DNA from: Patescibacteria group bacterium
GTDB lineage: Bacteria > Patescibacteriota > Minisyncoccia > UBA6257 > JACRHW01
Length of the DNA: 64,000 nucleotides
Reading direction: 5' to 3'
Assembly (NCBI GenBank): GCA_028865725.1
Contig: JAGWJP010000003.1
Coordinates: 1,697-65,696, forward strand
The stretch's first letter is position 1. Each line of letters starts with the position of its first letter. Shown one piece after another: positions 10,812-20,607 of this stretch. The notes beneath the pieces were generated by a model. The model was given only the letters and a program-made list of their open reading frames with translations. It was not told the origin of the DNA and made no database searches. A program made the translations under genes and the position numbers.

Positions 10812-11438
10812 ATGAAAACGGTATTGGTCTTGATTTTTATGGGCGGTGTAGCGTATTTTTTGATTCCCCAATTTTTAAACGCTTCTTCTGATACATATCT
10901 CTCATTCCTTTCCTCTCCACTGAGTACCGCGGGGACACATGCAGTAGCAACACTTGCAAATGGAACGCGCACTGCCATCACCACTGGCACCACAAATGTG
11001 AAAAATAGCATACAACACGAGATTTATCAGCTCGCACGATCTGCAGCAAAGCAAGGCATCCAATCGCTCAGCGCATCATTCGGTATCTCAGATGCAACTA
11101 CAAAGGATGCGGGCACCGCCCCTTCTTCTCCCACATTTCTCTCCACAACCGACACCTCAGCTGTTCACAATGCAAGTTCCTCGGTTACCTTTTGTCCGCT
11201 CTATAATAAAAATGAGGATGTGCGCTACACTGTACGCGGCATTACATACACAACTACTCCCTATACCTTTTCGGTCGCCTGGGGCGATGGAGAACGTACA
11301 ACGGCACAGCCTCTCCCCACAGGCCAAGACCTGTCTCTCACTCATCCTTATTCTGCTGCAGGAGACTATACTATAACGCTCTCTCTTTTTGAGGGGGGCA
11401 GCACTTATACTTACGATAAAAGTGTTTGCATCAGATAA
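10812..11438 (+). CDS. secreted protein with C-terminal PKD-like domain
   Basis: N-terminal signal/TM (VLVLIFMGGVAYFLI); C-terminal WGDGERT...LTHPYSAAGDYTITL resembles PKD WGDG/..H.Y..G.Y core. Confidence 0.4.
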   Translation: MKTVLVLIFMGGVAYFLIPQFLNASSDTYLSFLSSPLSTAGTHAVATLANGTRTAITTGTTNVKNSIQHEIYQLARSAAKQGIQSLSASFGISDATTKDAGTAPSSPTFLSTTDTSAVHNASSSVTFCPLYNKNEDVRYTVRGITYTTTPYTFSVAWGDGERTTAQPLPTGQDLSLTHPYSAAGDYTITLSLFEGGSTYTYDKSVCIR

Positions 11439-11525
11439 TGCCATCCCTGTACTTTATAGAGGCCTTTTATTTTCACACAAAAATAACTCCGCATACATAA
11501 AAGCTCCTCAGGAGGAGCCGTTTAT

Positions 11526-12248
11526 TTATTGTTGTTTGTACCACTTCACTAATTCATGGGTGAGCGTGCGCACATCTCTTCTTGCACGGATTCGTGTTGC
11601 AACAACATCAGGATCGGTGATTGTCCGCGTCTGCAAATGAAATGGGTCTATCGTGCGAACTCCACTCAAGTCTTCTCGTCCTGAAATCTGCGGGGTTCCT
11701 TCCATACCCCAAAATATGTGTGTCTGATACATAGTTTCCAAACGATGTCGTGAATCTCCTTCTTTCATGGGTCCGTCAACTCCCACAGTCGCTGTGTCGC
11801 TTTGAATATTGGCCCTCGAAAGTCCAATATTGAATACCTCGAATGTCTTACCATTATAAATCGTGTCTGTCACAATCAGTGCCTTAAGAGGCGCCTTGTT
11901 CCCAAAACGCGTTTTAGGGAGAATACGTGTAAGATAACCTGCGATATCCTCTGGTTTTTGATTGTAATCATAATCCCAGAAACTTCCTCCACCGCTCAAG
12001 GCAAAAAAGACGAGATGCGGATATCCTTTTTCTTTGTACACTTCATTAATCAAACGAAGCAAAATAAGAGAGGGGATTCTCCCCGAGGCCTCATCACTAA
12101 TAAGAAGCTGATACTCGCCCTTTTCGATATGGGGTCGAAGCTTGTTGAGTAATTTTTTTATGGGCCCGCGTAACTCCTCGATCGCAGGGAGAAGCTCCAC
12201 GTGTTCTTTCTCCTCTCTTCGTTGAGAAATACTAGGTGATTGATGCAT
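11526..12248 (-). CDS. hypothetical protein with phosphoribosyltransferase-like motif
   Basis: PRTase-type PRPP-binding pattern LKALIVTDTIYNGKTF; otherwise unrecognised. Confidence 0.3.
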   Translation of the reverse strand: MHQSPSISQRREEKEHVELLPAIEELRGPIKKLLNKLRPHIEKGEYQLLISDEASGRIPSLILLRLINEVYKEKGYPHLVFFALSGGGSFWDYDYNQKPEDIAGYLTRILPKTRFGNKAPLKALIVTDTIYNGKTFEVFNIGLSRANIQSDTATVGVDGPMKEGDSRHRLETMYQTHIFWGMEGTPQISGREDLSGVRTIDPFHLQTRTITDPDVVATRIRARRDVRTLTHELVKWYKQQ

Positions 12249-12286
12249 AGCAGAATAGTACCTCTTCTTTCATGTAAAATCCAGAT

Positions 12287-12658
12287 CTACTTTTTCTGGA
12301 GATCGAGGCAAATAGAATTAATGCAATATCGTTTTCCTCCCCTCTCACGAGGCCCGTCATCAAACACGTGACCCAAATGTGCACCGCACTGTTTGCATAT
12401 CACCTCCGTTCTCCTCATGCCTCCGCTTGTATCTTCACGCAATTCAATATGCTCTCGGTTAGCGGGCTCGGAAAAACTGGGCCACCCTGTACCGGAATCA
12501 AACTTTGTATCTGAGGAAAACAGTTCGCTTCCGCAGACCGCACAAACATACATACCCCGTTCATGATTATTCCAGTACTTCCCTGTAAAAGGCGCCTCGG
12601 TACCCTGCTCACGTGCCACATGATAGAGCTCTTTTGATAACTCCTCATCTTTTTTCAT
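12287..12658 (-). CDS. msrB: peptide-methionine (R)-S-oxide reductase
   Basis: CxxC...GWPSF...CxxCGAHLGHVF SelR/MsrB signature. Confidence 0.9.
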   Translation of the reverse strand: MKKDEELSKELYHVAREQGTEAPFTGKYWNNHERGMYVCAVCGSELFSSDTKFDSGTGWPSFSEPANREHIELREDTSGGMRRTEVICKQCGAHLGHVFDDGPRERGGKRYCINSICLDLQKK

Positions 12659-12666
12659 AATAGTAG

Positions 12667-13206
12667 TTATTGTGTTAACAAATCATTAAATCGTTTTTTA
12701 AGCGTGTCGAGTTTTGGGTTGATAACGAGCGCGCAGTAGGGCTGGGTTTTGTTGCGCTCATAAAACCGTTTTTGATAATCTTCCGCCTCATAAAAAATAT
12801 CGAGTGGCTTGATTTCAGTAACCACGGGGAGACTAGATCCCGGCATATTGAGTTCGTGTATAAACGCACGCGCCTCATCTTTTTGTGTATCCAAAGTATA
12901 CAAAATAATCGAGCGGTATTCCGTGCCCACATCGTTACCCTGACGATTCAGTGTCGTAGGGTCGTGAGTCGCAAAAAACACGGTCAGAATATCATGAAAC
13001 GAGATAATCGCCGGATCAAACTCCACTTTTATTACCTCGGCATGCCCCGTTGCCCCTGAACATACTTCTTCATATGTAGGATTTTGGGTACTCCCTCCTG
13101 CATATCCCGGCGTCACAGCCCTCACTCCTTTTAATGAAGCAAACACCGCCTCGGTACACCAAAAACATCCCCCTCCCAACACAACAACTTCAGTATGCGT
13201 ATCCAT
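12667..13206 (-). CDS. msrA: peptide-methionine (S)-S-oxide reductase
   Basis: GGGCFWC active-site motif, GYAGG, msrA-msrB adjacent. Confidence 0.9.
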   Translation of the reverse strand: MDTHTEVVVLGGGCFWCTEAVFASLKGVRAVTPGYAGGSTQNPTYEEVCSGATGHAEVIKVEFDPAIISFHDILTVFFATHDPTTLNRQGNDVGTEYRSIILYTLDTQKDEARAFIHELNMPGSSLPVVTEIKPLDIFYEAEDYQKRFYERNKTQPYCALVINPKLDTLKKRFNDLLTQ

Positions 13207-13290
13207 ATACTCATGATAAAAGGAATGCGACCCTTTGTCACTCTGGAAAAAAATACGCCACGATGTGGCGGTTAGTTATATGTGTGTATC

Positions 13291-13686
13291 TTACGCATGA
13301 AAAGAACGCGTATTTGTCACTGCACTCATTAAGTTCATATCGGGATTTCCCACAATGTCGTTTTTTATAAGACTCTTGTACGCTTCGCGCATCTCATCAA
13401 TCTCTTTTTGTAATTCTTCTTTATAAGACTTCGGGTGCGGAAATTTATGAAGAAGACCTACCCTGTCTTCAAGATTATGATGCCAGTCTTCAACGCTATT
13501 GGGACATACCGCACGCACCCCATATCCCGGATAGCCGCCCATGACGACCTTATTTGTCAATGCGGCGCATATAGGACACAGAAACACCTGCAAACTCCGA
13601 AACGAATCTCCGCGTTGATTGGGATATGTCTTTCTACGCAAATCATAGAGTTGCACATCATTGGTATCGCTCATAAGCCCATCCAT
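13291..13686 (-). CDS. hypothetical Cys-containing protein
   Basis: 131-aa ORF with CPIC and CPNS pairs; no recognisable family. Confidence 0.3.
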   Translation of the reverse strand: MDGLMSDTNDVQLYDLRRKTYPNQRGDSFRSLQVFLCPICAALTNKVVMGGYPGYGVRAVCPNSVEDWHHNLEDRVGLLHKFPHPKSYKEELQKEIDEMREAYKSLIKNDIVGNPDMNLMSAVTNTRSFHA

Positions 13687-14127
13687 CCTCTTCTAAATGA
13701 TCTATCACCACCATACCTCACGATACCGGCGCATGCAATATGCCACGCGCGACGATGCGCTTCACCGTCTATTCACGCACAAAAAGATTGCAATGATCCT
13801 GCAGACTTTGTGGCAACGAGAATGCAAATTCAAGTATATTTATTAGACCTATGGGAGCGAATCCCCATCGCTGCACGCATGGGGGATAGAGCCGAAGCCC
13901 GGAACAAAGCGAGGGTCTCAAAAACTTAGAGAATCGTATCGATGCGCAGGAAGGGGGCGCGCGATTCGATACTCCTTGGCGAAAAGCGAAGGAATCAAGA
14001 AGCACAATGGGCATAAGCCCGCGGAAGGGTATTTGATTTCTCATTAATTCTCCTGTATTTTTAATTATGGCAACCCCATGTTTGCACCACACATGGGTCG
14101 CCTGGTTGAAATTTCATTTCAATCTAA

Positions 14128-14214
14128 GGAGAGGTGGCTGAGCGGCCGAAAGCGCCTCACTGCTAACGAGGTAGGGGGTAACACCCCTCGTGGGTTCGAA
14201 TCCCACCCTCTCCG
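14128..14214 (+). tRNA. tRNA-Ser (GCT)
   Basis: acceptor GGAGAGG/CCTCTCC, anticodon loop CTGCTAA, long variable arm, T-loop GGTTCGAATCC. Confidence 0.8.
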
Positions 14215-14250
14215 CATTGACATTTTTGTATCAGTGTGACCTTATTATTC

Positions 14251-14300
14251 GAGGTAGTGGGGCGGGTATCGGAGTGACCCATGCGGTTCGAGTCCTATTC
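14251..14300 (+). repeat. degenerate duplicate of the 3' half of tRNA-Ser (anticodon-stem 3' strand to ...TCTCCGCA)
   Basis: gaggtag(t)gggg...ggttcgagtcctattctctccgca aligns with tRNA-Ser 14170-14216 but T-stem no longer pairs. Confidence 0.6.
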
Positions 14301-14362
14301 TCTCCGCAAATGGGATTTCTGGTGAAAAAGCCTTGATGGGAACAGAGCTTTTTGGTTCTAAT
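14286..14362 (+). repeat. direct repeat copy 1 (ctctccgcaaatgggattt..aaaagccttgatgg..gctttttggttcta) containing a terminator-like hairpin
   Basis: roughly 65 nt at ~80% identity with 15079-15152; flanks HAD hydrolase gene. Confidence 0.6.
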
Positions 14363-14409
14363 ATAGAGCATCGTTGACCATATCGGAGGATTTCTGTATA
14401 GTGCATAGT

Positions 14410-15006
14410 ATGATAAAAGCAGTTATTTTTGACCTCAACGGGATTTTTATTCAAAGCCCAAAATTGAGTGATAGGTTTGAAAGCGATTTTCATATTCCTA
14501 CCACTGAATTTATTCCTAAATTGTCAGAAATAATGGATAATGTGCGACAACCTAATGCAGGTGCCGCATTCCAATACTGGAAACCCGCGTTGGAAGAGTG
14601 GAACGTCCATCTTACAGAACAGGAGTTCTGGGACTACTGGTTCGGGGCGGAAACAGTGTCCGAACAAATAGTGAACTTTGCGAGAGAATTAAAAAACAAG
14701 GGCATCCGCATTTTTGTCCTCTCTAACAACTTCAAAGAACGAGCCGACTACTATGGACACTATCCCTGGATGCACGAGGTGGTGGACAAAGCATATTTTT
14801 CTTGGCAGACAGGGTTTGTGAAACCCGATGAGAGAGCATGGATTTTGGTATGCTCCGAAAATAACCTCACGCCAGAAGAATGCCTTTACTTCGACGACCA
14901 GGTGAAAAACACCAATGCAGCAGAACACGTAGGCATGAAAGCTTTCATGTTCACAGGTGAAAACGAGTTACGAAAGACGGTAAACGAGTGCCTCAACGAA
15001 CATTGA
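14410..15006 (+). CDS. HAD-superfamily hydrolase (subfamily IA-like)
   Basis: motif I VIFDLNG (DxD), later FVLSNN and FDD; ORF begins 14374 but MIKAVIFDLNG at 14410 is the likelier start. Confidence 0.7.
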   Translation: MIKAVIFDLNGIFIQSPKLSDRFESDFHIPTTEFIPKLSEIMDNVRQPNAGAAFQYWKPALEEWNVHLTEQEFWDYWFGAETVSEQIVNFARELKNKGIRIFVLSNNFKERADYYGHYPWMHEVVDKAYFSWQTGFVKPDERAWILVCSENNLTPEECLYFDDQVKNTNAAEHVGMKAFMFTGENELRKTVNECLNEH

Positions 15007-15078
15007 GGCCTTTTCTTTTAGAAACTAGGAATATAAAACCGAGTGGTGGTATACAGGAAAAAGGTTCTAACCTCATCC

Positions 15079-15152
15079 ACTACTCTCCGCAAATGGGATT
15101 TTTGCTTGAAAAGCCTTGATGGTATCACGGCTTTTTGGTTCTAACCAAAAAG
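15079..15152 (+). repeat. direct repeat copy 2 with hairpin gaaaagcc/ggctttt + T-run
   Basis: matches 14286-14362; hairpin aaaagcc-N13-ggctttt followed by tgg ttc. Confidence 0.6.
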
Positions 15153-15209
15153 TTGACAAAATTAAATTATTATATTTGTATTATATCAGCACCCCAAAGG
15201 AGGTAACTA

Positions 15210-15656
15210 ATGTCACGACGCAATAGCCTGTGGGAAAAGGAGATTGGGAGCGTAGGGATTGATGCGGCACTTCTTGACCGTCTTCGATTTCATGGAGCTC
15301 TTACTGTCAGCGGAGTCATGGAATGCACCCAGCGTGGGAGACAGACCATCCTGAAACATTTCAAACGACTCGTAGAAAACAGGCAGGCACAATGGCGTCA
15401 GAAGGGAAATATGAGTACGATAACTCTCTTCAAGTATCCGCCCATTTCGCCCAGAACCCCTGTGAAAACAACTGAACCCAATATGGCTCTTCAAAGGGAG
15501 TGGACAGATGAGGGGTGGGAAAGTAAGAAGTGGGGTATCCGAGGTGAAGTTATCACCCATCACGATTCCCATGGTCTTTGCTATGAAGTAAGACATGAGG
15601 ACGGAACAAGAGGATATTATGACCCCTCCGAACTGGAAGTCATCTTGCTGGGATGA
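15210..15656 (+). CDS. hypothetical protein
   Basis: 148-aa ORF with strong SD AAGGAGG 7 nt upstream of ATG. Confidence 0.45.
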   Translation: MSRRNSLWEKEIGSVGIDAALLDRLRFHGALTVSGVMECTQRGRQTILKHFKRLVENRQAQWRQKGNMSTITLFKYPPISPRTPVKTTEPNMALQREWTDEGWESKKWGIRGEVITHHDSHGLCYEVRHEDGTRGYYDPSELEVILLG

Positions 15657-16122
15657 AGCAATCCCCATGAGAGAGCCGCATGCAAAAAAGTCTGATTTTT
15701 ATTTCAAACCGTGCGGAAAGGCTCGTGCATTCTTTACCACATGCGGTCACGTAGGGACGCTTCAATTTGACGTCGTGATACAAACAAACTGCAGAACGAT
15801 CACCCTGCTTAATCCCGAAGAAAGCCTTGCACGGCAAAAGAAAGGAATAAAAAACATAGATACGTATTGCGGGCGCTGCTATTTTGAATCAATCAAGAAA
15901 TTCGCAATCCGTTGCTGTTTCTGCGGAGATCCAATTCTTCCAGGCGATAGGGTGGGAACTTATAGTAAATCGTGTGCGCTCATTCGGAAAGAGATTACTA
16001 CCTTTGTGGAAGATGAAGTACTAGGATGCATGAAAGAAGGGTGTGGCTTCGCAGGTGCATTCGGAGGTTACTGGAGTGCGGAAGGATTCATCCCCGCATT
16101 TCCCCAAAAAGATACGACATAA
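15619..16122 (+). CDS. hypothetical Cys-rich protein (multiple CxxC pairs)
   Basis: ORF 15595-16122; AGAGGA SD-like before ATG 15619; CGRC..CCFCGD..CxxxxC pattern suggests metal binding; overlaps previous gene. Confidence 0.4.
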   Translation: MTPPNWKSSCWDEAIPMREPHAKKSDFYFKPCGKARAFFTTCGHVGTLQFDVVIQTNCRTITLLNPEESLARQKKGIKNIDTYCGRCYFESIKKFAIRCCFCGDPILPGDRVGTYSKSCALIRKEITTFVEDEVLGCMKEGCGFAGAFGGYWSAEGFIPAFPQKDTT

Positions 16123-16133
16123 AAAGATCAGGA

Positions 16134-16155
16134 CCGAGGATTCCTCGGTTTTTTG
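16134..16155 (+). terminator. rho-independent terminator
   Basis: ccgag-gattc-ctcgg followed by TTTTTTG, 12 nt after stop. Confidence 0.6.
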
Positions 16156-16276
16156 TTAGCCTTCAAAACGTATTTGTGCCATATGTAAAAAACTCAATGT
16201 GAGTAAGGACAGTAGAAAAAATAAATCATCATTTATTCGACCCATGCCATGTTACATGCTTTTTTAGACCATATGC

Positions 16277-18493
16277 TTAGATACATGAAAACCTGCATAA
16301 CCTTTCTATCTCTCGACCAAGCGCTCGTGCGTCCATGTTCCCCACACGATACTGTTCCGAGAAATGAATAAGACGTGTGTTCAGCTCATGCATGGTAAGA
16401 AAATTTTGATTCTTCTCTGCGAGGCCGTACGCCCAATGCGCCTTATTATTGAGAAATCTTAATCTATCAAATGCGTGCAAGAGCCAAAAAAGATCACGCA
16501 CAAACCTTCTCGTTTCGCGCACAAACCTTCCTTGATTCTGTACAGTAACCACCTCATTCTTCAAAAACTCCTCTCCTTGCGGAAGAGATGTGGGGGCGGA
16601 TTCAATGTGTGCAAACGCAGTCGTGCGGAGAAGCAGATCGAATGCTTTTTCTTCCGCATGCCGCGTACTATATAAATGCGCTATATTTCTGAAGAGTTCG
16701 GACATATCAAGCAAACTAGGATCGCTCCACCCAGGAAGCGGGGAATACAAATTCAAACTTACGTAGGAGGCACGTATTTTTTTAGACAGAATTTCGAATC
16801 GATGAGAAAGATCAATAATACGTTCCGTTTCGGAAGAAGCCAACGCGGCCTCCACATCATTAACCCCAAGAAGAGAGAGCATGCAACGGGCAAGATGCAT
16901 TTTCCGATATGCCACAAATCTCTTCTTCCAGCCCGCATCACTGATATGTTTAATTTCTGTGAGACGATGTAATACTTTCATGAGTCCCGTTCCTTCATGA
17001 CCAAATCGAGTACAAAGATGGTGGGAAGACGAAGTATAATAAGGACCCCGATATCTCACAAATGATGCGGACTCCAAATCGATAAGATGTCCGCTCAATG
17101 AGTAGTTTCCCATCGACCACGCACCGAGCATAAACCGATATGCAAAACACTCGGCGTCGAGCATAGCATACTCTCTCACCATGTTCTCAAAATCTATCGG
17201 AATCTCCGGATTCTGCTCTACATGACTCGGTCGATCGAGACTTCCTCCATCAACACGTACAAGGAGCGCGAGGGGAATCGGATTCGCATTCCACTTGCGC
17301 AAGACGCTATGCCTTAATGCAAAAAGAAGGGGATGGACCGGCACGCGCGGCATGAACCTATTAATCCAATGAGCAAGGATGACTCTGCGCATGGCCCCGA
17401 TTAATTCTGCCTCGCCGGTACTATGGCTCGGCACCGTACTCCGACAGAGGGTCGTTTTACCGACACCAAGGATATTATAGTCATCACCACAATAGACTGC
17501 TCTCCCTGAACCGATATTGCCGCTCAAACTGATGTCAGTTTTGTCTTTTTGTCGATCAGCATACACCAGCACACGATTCGCCGCGCTGCTTTCGTCATGA
17601 TGAAGCACAAGAGCGAACTGTCGAACATTTTGTAGGGTGGAATTTTTTTTCCACGCTGTGTTGAAATAAGTGTTATCCTTGTACACGATATCGTATTCAT
17701 CTGATAACAGGAGCCGTGCGCGTTGCGGAACAAAAAGAGAACGCCCTAATCTGTCCATAGCTGCAGGTGTCTGAACCTCAATAAAGCCAACCCGCGAATA
17801 TTTTGCCACCAGCCACCACCGAGGATGACTCTTCGCGTTGCATGAGGGAGGAGGACATGCGGTAACTCTATAATTACGATAGAACTCTTGTAATTTGCGG
17901 AGTACGACAACGCCGCTCTCTTCGCGCTTATAAAGCTTTTTTATAGCGAGTGCGCGACTTGGATACTGGCTTACTACTACATAATGAGGCCTCAAATGAC
18001 GAATGGCCGCTTTCCATACTGTGAGACTTTTTTTGATCCCCAACGCATAGTCATCATCTTTCAACGAGTCATACCATTTTTTAAGATTGGGAGCGACACG
18101 CGTCTTGCTGTGTTTTTCCTTGGAGAAAAAATTCCGATCTGCCCTATACGCCATCACCATATCATCAAATGGGTGGTTCGCCACCAATGCATCGACTCGC
18201 GTAGGAAGATCAACACCCACAACCACATCTTGAAGCAATTTACATACTAATCGTATTTTCGCGCGCGGTAATAGACGTTTATATGCCTGCTCAATATGTG
18301 CGGCCGCGCGCAGATCCGGTTCCACCACGTACACAATTCCTGCAAAATCAAGCAAGGAAAGCGCGCGACCAATTTTCGGTTCATAGCCCGGCGCTATCTC
18401 GACTACAACACCATTGCACGGCAACTCGATATGAAGAAAAATAGTATGCCAAATACGCGAAGTAGCAGGTACAAGCGTTTTCTCTTTAGACAT
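16277..18493 (-). CDS. large hypothetical protein, N-terminal amino-methyltransferase-like domain
   Basis: 738 aa; N-terminus VVVEIAPGYEPKIG (motif I-like) followed ~75 aa later by VANHPF (NPPF/NPPY-like motif IV); remaining ~600 aa unrecognised. Confidence 0.45.
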   Translation of the reverse strand: MSKEKTLVPATSRIWHTIFLHIELPCNGVVVEIAPGYEPKIGRALSLLDFAGIVYVVEPDLRAAAHIEQAYKRLLPRAKIRLVCKLLQDVVVGVDLPTRVDALVANHPFDDMVMAYRADRNFFSKEKHSKTRVAPNLKKWYDSLKDDDYALGIKKSLTVWKAAIRHLRPHYVVVSQYPSRALAIKKLYKREESGVVVLRKLQEFYRNYRVTACPPPSCNAKSHPRWWLVAKYSRVGFIEVQTPAAMDRLGRSLFVPQRARLLLSDEYDIVYKDNTYFNTAWKKNSTLQNVRQFALVLHHDESSAANRVLVYADRQKDKTDISLSGNIGSGRAVYCGDDYNILGVGKTTLCRSTVPSHSTGEAELIGAMRRVILAHWINRFMPRVPVHPLLFALRHSVLRKWNANPIPLALLVRVDGGSLDRPSHVEQNPEIPIDFENMVREYAMLDAECFAYRFMLGAWSMGNYSLSGHLIDLESASFVRYRGPYYTSSSHHLCTRFGHEGTGLMKVLHRLTEIKHISDAGWKKRFVAYRKMHLARCMLSLLGVNDVEAALASSETERIIDLSHRFEILSKKIRASYVSLNLYSPLPGWSDPSLLDMSELFRNIAHLYSTRHAEEKAFDLLLRTTAFAHIESAPTSLPQGEEFLKNEVVTVQNQGRFVRETRRFVRDLFWLLHAFDRLRFLNNKAHWAYGLAEKNQNFLTMHELNTRLIHFSEQYRVGNMDARALGREIERLCRFSCI

Positions 18494-19928
18494 AAATTTT
18501 TTGCGGGTAAAATGTCAATTGTGCGTTACCAGTGTTTGCTCCTTGCGCAATAGACTGATAGATATGAGAAAGTAGTTGGTTGGTAAATCCATGGAGTACA
18601 AATTCAGAATCATCGGGATTAGCTTCTATAAAATTGAGGAGGGTTACCTCGCGCGCATTCTCATTGTGACCGAAATAATACGCATCATTTCCGTGCAGTT
18701 CTCTCATTTCTTTTCCCATATTTATTTTTTGAAATACCTCCCCTCCTACGATCTTTTTATTTCTAAATACAAGAATCTCAAAATGATCATCGCTCCCCAC
18801 GCCCCCCTCCTCAACAACAGCAAGACTCGGTTCGTGTGACTGATACGAGTGAACGTGAATATTCAAAAAATGAGATACCTGAATAGTCACGCGCTCGTGC
18901 CTCACTCTCCCGTTTCCCTTATACGTATCCTCAGGCAACTCAAACCAGCTCCGACGCGAAAATGAGTTTTGTTGCAGATTAATGGAGCCGGTGGTAATCA
19001 CATTTGGACCCTGCATAAGTTGCGTCGAAATATAGGCATCAAGCTCTCCGAAATGGTCATATCGTATAGGATCGTAAGTACGGTAGAAATCACTAATCTC
19101 TTTTCGGTGAAATAATTTGTCATATGCCTTTTCATTGATTTGGTGAAAAAAGTCATTCGGCGTAAATTTTGCAGTAAACACCCGCACTGCGTCAGGCTGC
19201 GCATGAGGAAGAGCCGCATTCACTCCCGCAAGCCAAGCAAATAAATCTACAAAATGATAGCCGGAATGCATCAGTTTTCCATACCCATATTTGTAAGGAT
19301 GATTCTCCTTGCCAAATTCATGCGGCAAATTCCAGGCGCCGTCGGCATGATACACATCGATATACGAAACAGGGATTTCGAACTCAGACACAAAATCTTT
19401 GAGATAGTTTCGAATGAATGTGTATCCCTTATGATTTCTGCGCTGGCACATAATATAAAATTTCGCCCTACTGCCCTGGCGTGCATGCTCAAGTTCAAGA
19501 TAATCTTCATAGATTTGCCTGGCAGCACGTAAATCCGTGCTTGAATAGAGGGGTGCTGTAACAGGCTTGTCCATAAGAACATGAATGTTGTGCTGCAACG
19601 CCCACATCGCGTAGATTTTATGGACTTTGGGCTCGGTTGAAATAATTATTCCATCGATATGTTCTGTCTCTACAAGCCGCTCCAGTTCCTGCAACACAAG
19701 AGGATCAAGCGAGGTGCCGGCGCGATTTGATGCATTATCGGGAATAAAAAGGGTATGTTCGGGCTGGAGGTCGCGCTCAGAAAGATATGTATCTATCTTC
19801 GCAGCCTGACTTTCGAGCTCGATAAGCAGTTTAAGGCTAATTCCGAAACGCGCCCGATACTTCTCTAGGAAGGGGTAATAGATACGTTTTGCATGGGGGC
19901 CAAGGCCGACAAGAATATAGTTTTTCAT
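18486..19928 (-). CDS. Gfo/Idh/MocA-family NAD(P)-dependent oxidoreductase with long C-terminal extension
   Basis: MKNYILVGLGPHAKRIY Rossmann start, IDGIIISTEPKVHKIYAMWALQHNIHVLMDKPV consensus EKP-like segment; ORF runs to 19970 but MKNY at 19928 is the likelier start. Confidence 0.65.
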   Translation of the reverse strand: MKNYILVGLGPHAKRIYYPFLEKYRARFGISLKLLIELESQAAKIDTYLSERDLQPEHTLFIPDNASNRAGTSLDPLVLQELERLVETEHIDGIIISTEPKVHKIYAMWALQHNIHVLMDKPVTAPLYSSTDLRAARQIYEDYLELEHARQGSRAKFYIMCQRRNHKGYTFIRNYLKDFVSEFEIPVSYIDVYHADGAWNLPHEFGKENHPYKYGYGKLMHSGYHFVDLFAWLAGVNAALPHAQPDAVRVFTAKFTPNDFFHQINEKAYDKLFHRKEISDFYRTYDPIRYDHFGELDAYISTQLMQGPNVITTGSINLQQNSFSRRSWFELPEDTYKGNGRVRHERVTIQVSHFLNIHVHSYQSHEPSLAVVEEGGVGSDDHFEILVFRNKKIVGGEVFQKINMGKEMRELHGNDAYYFGHNENAREVTLLNFIEANPDDSEFVLHGFTNQLLSHIYQSIAQGANTGNAQLTFYPQKIYV

Positions 19929-20028
19929 ACACCTCCAGTGTAGGCGCGCATGCCGCGGGGGGCAATACATTATGTCGAATATTTAGACATAAAAAAGAGG
20001 GCATTGCGCCCTCAAGACGGTTGGGATA

Positions 20029-20607
20029 CTACGCGCGTGGCAAAAGTGTTTCAAAAAATTTTGCTAGATATTGTGTGGCTTCACACAACGCGCGGTTGTA
20101 GAGACGAACAATCCTGACACGTTCATTCAAATGTGCACGAAACACCTCATACATATGCAACAGAAACTCATCCTCATGCTTTTGCTCATCACGAATCACC
20201 TCGGGATCCAATGCGCGCATTTTCGCATACCGATCAAGAGCGCGACGTGCAATGATGGCGTTAAACGGAGCATCGATGTGCAAAAGACACACCTCGCTGA
20301 TTTTCTTGCTTTGGGCGATTTGCGCAAGTCTAGAGTAATCAATCTGAGGAATATATCCATCCGGACGGCGCACGGCATAGTGCCAGTGAATCACTACCAC
20401 CGAATTACGGGGCGCGCGAAGAATGGTGTGCACGATAAGCTGCTCCACCTCTTCGGCCGTCTTCATCTTTTTTGTGCCATAGACATAACGCCGAAACAAA
20501 GCCCCTGCATCCCGCATCACAAATTGCCCCTTAAATCTTTTTTGAAGAAACGAAATCAATGTACTCTTTCCCACGCCCTGCACACCGCCCACAAACACCA
20601 CTTTCAT
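20029..20607 (-). CDS. P-loop NTPase / small-molecule kinase-like protein
   Basis: Walker A GGVQGVGKST at N-terminus, 192 aa, AAA_33/NMP-kinase-like size. Confidence 0.55.
   Translation of the reverse strand: MKVVFVGGVQGVGKSTLISFLQKRFKGQFVMRDAGALFRRYVYGTKKMKTAEEVEQLIVHTILRAPRNSVVVIHWHYAVRRPDGYIPQIDYSRLAQIAQSKKISEVCLLHIDAPFNAIIARRALDRYAKMRALDPEVIRDEQKHEDEFLLHMYEVFRAHLNERVRIVRLYNRALCEATQYLAKFFETLLPRA

Noticed and set aside
13435-14092. ORFs 13435-13929 (+) and 13769-14092 (-) in the region before tRNA-Ser
   Set aside because: Overlap each other and the 13291-13686 gene, low-complexity R/H/C-rich translations, no SD. Region 13687-14127 left unannotated; I looked for RNase P RNA / SRP RNA / tmRNA signatures there and found none I could support
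15153-15187. TTGACA at 15153 as a promoter for the 15210 gene
   Set aside because: No acceptable -10 hexamer at 16-18 nt spacing (ttgtat / tgtatt); left as unsupported
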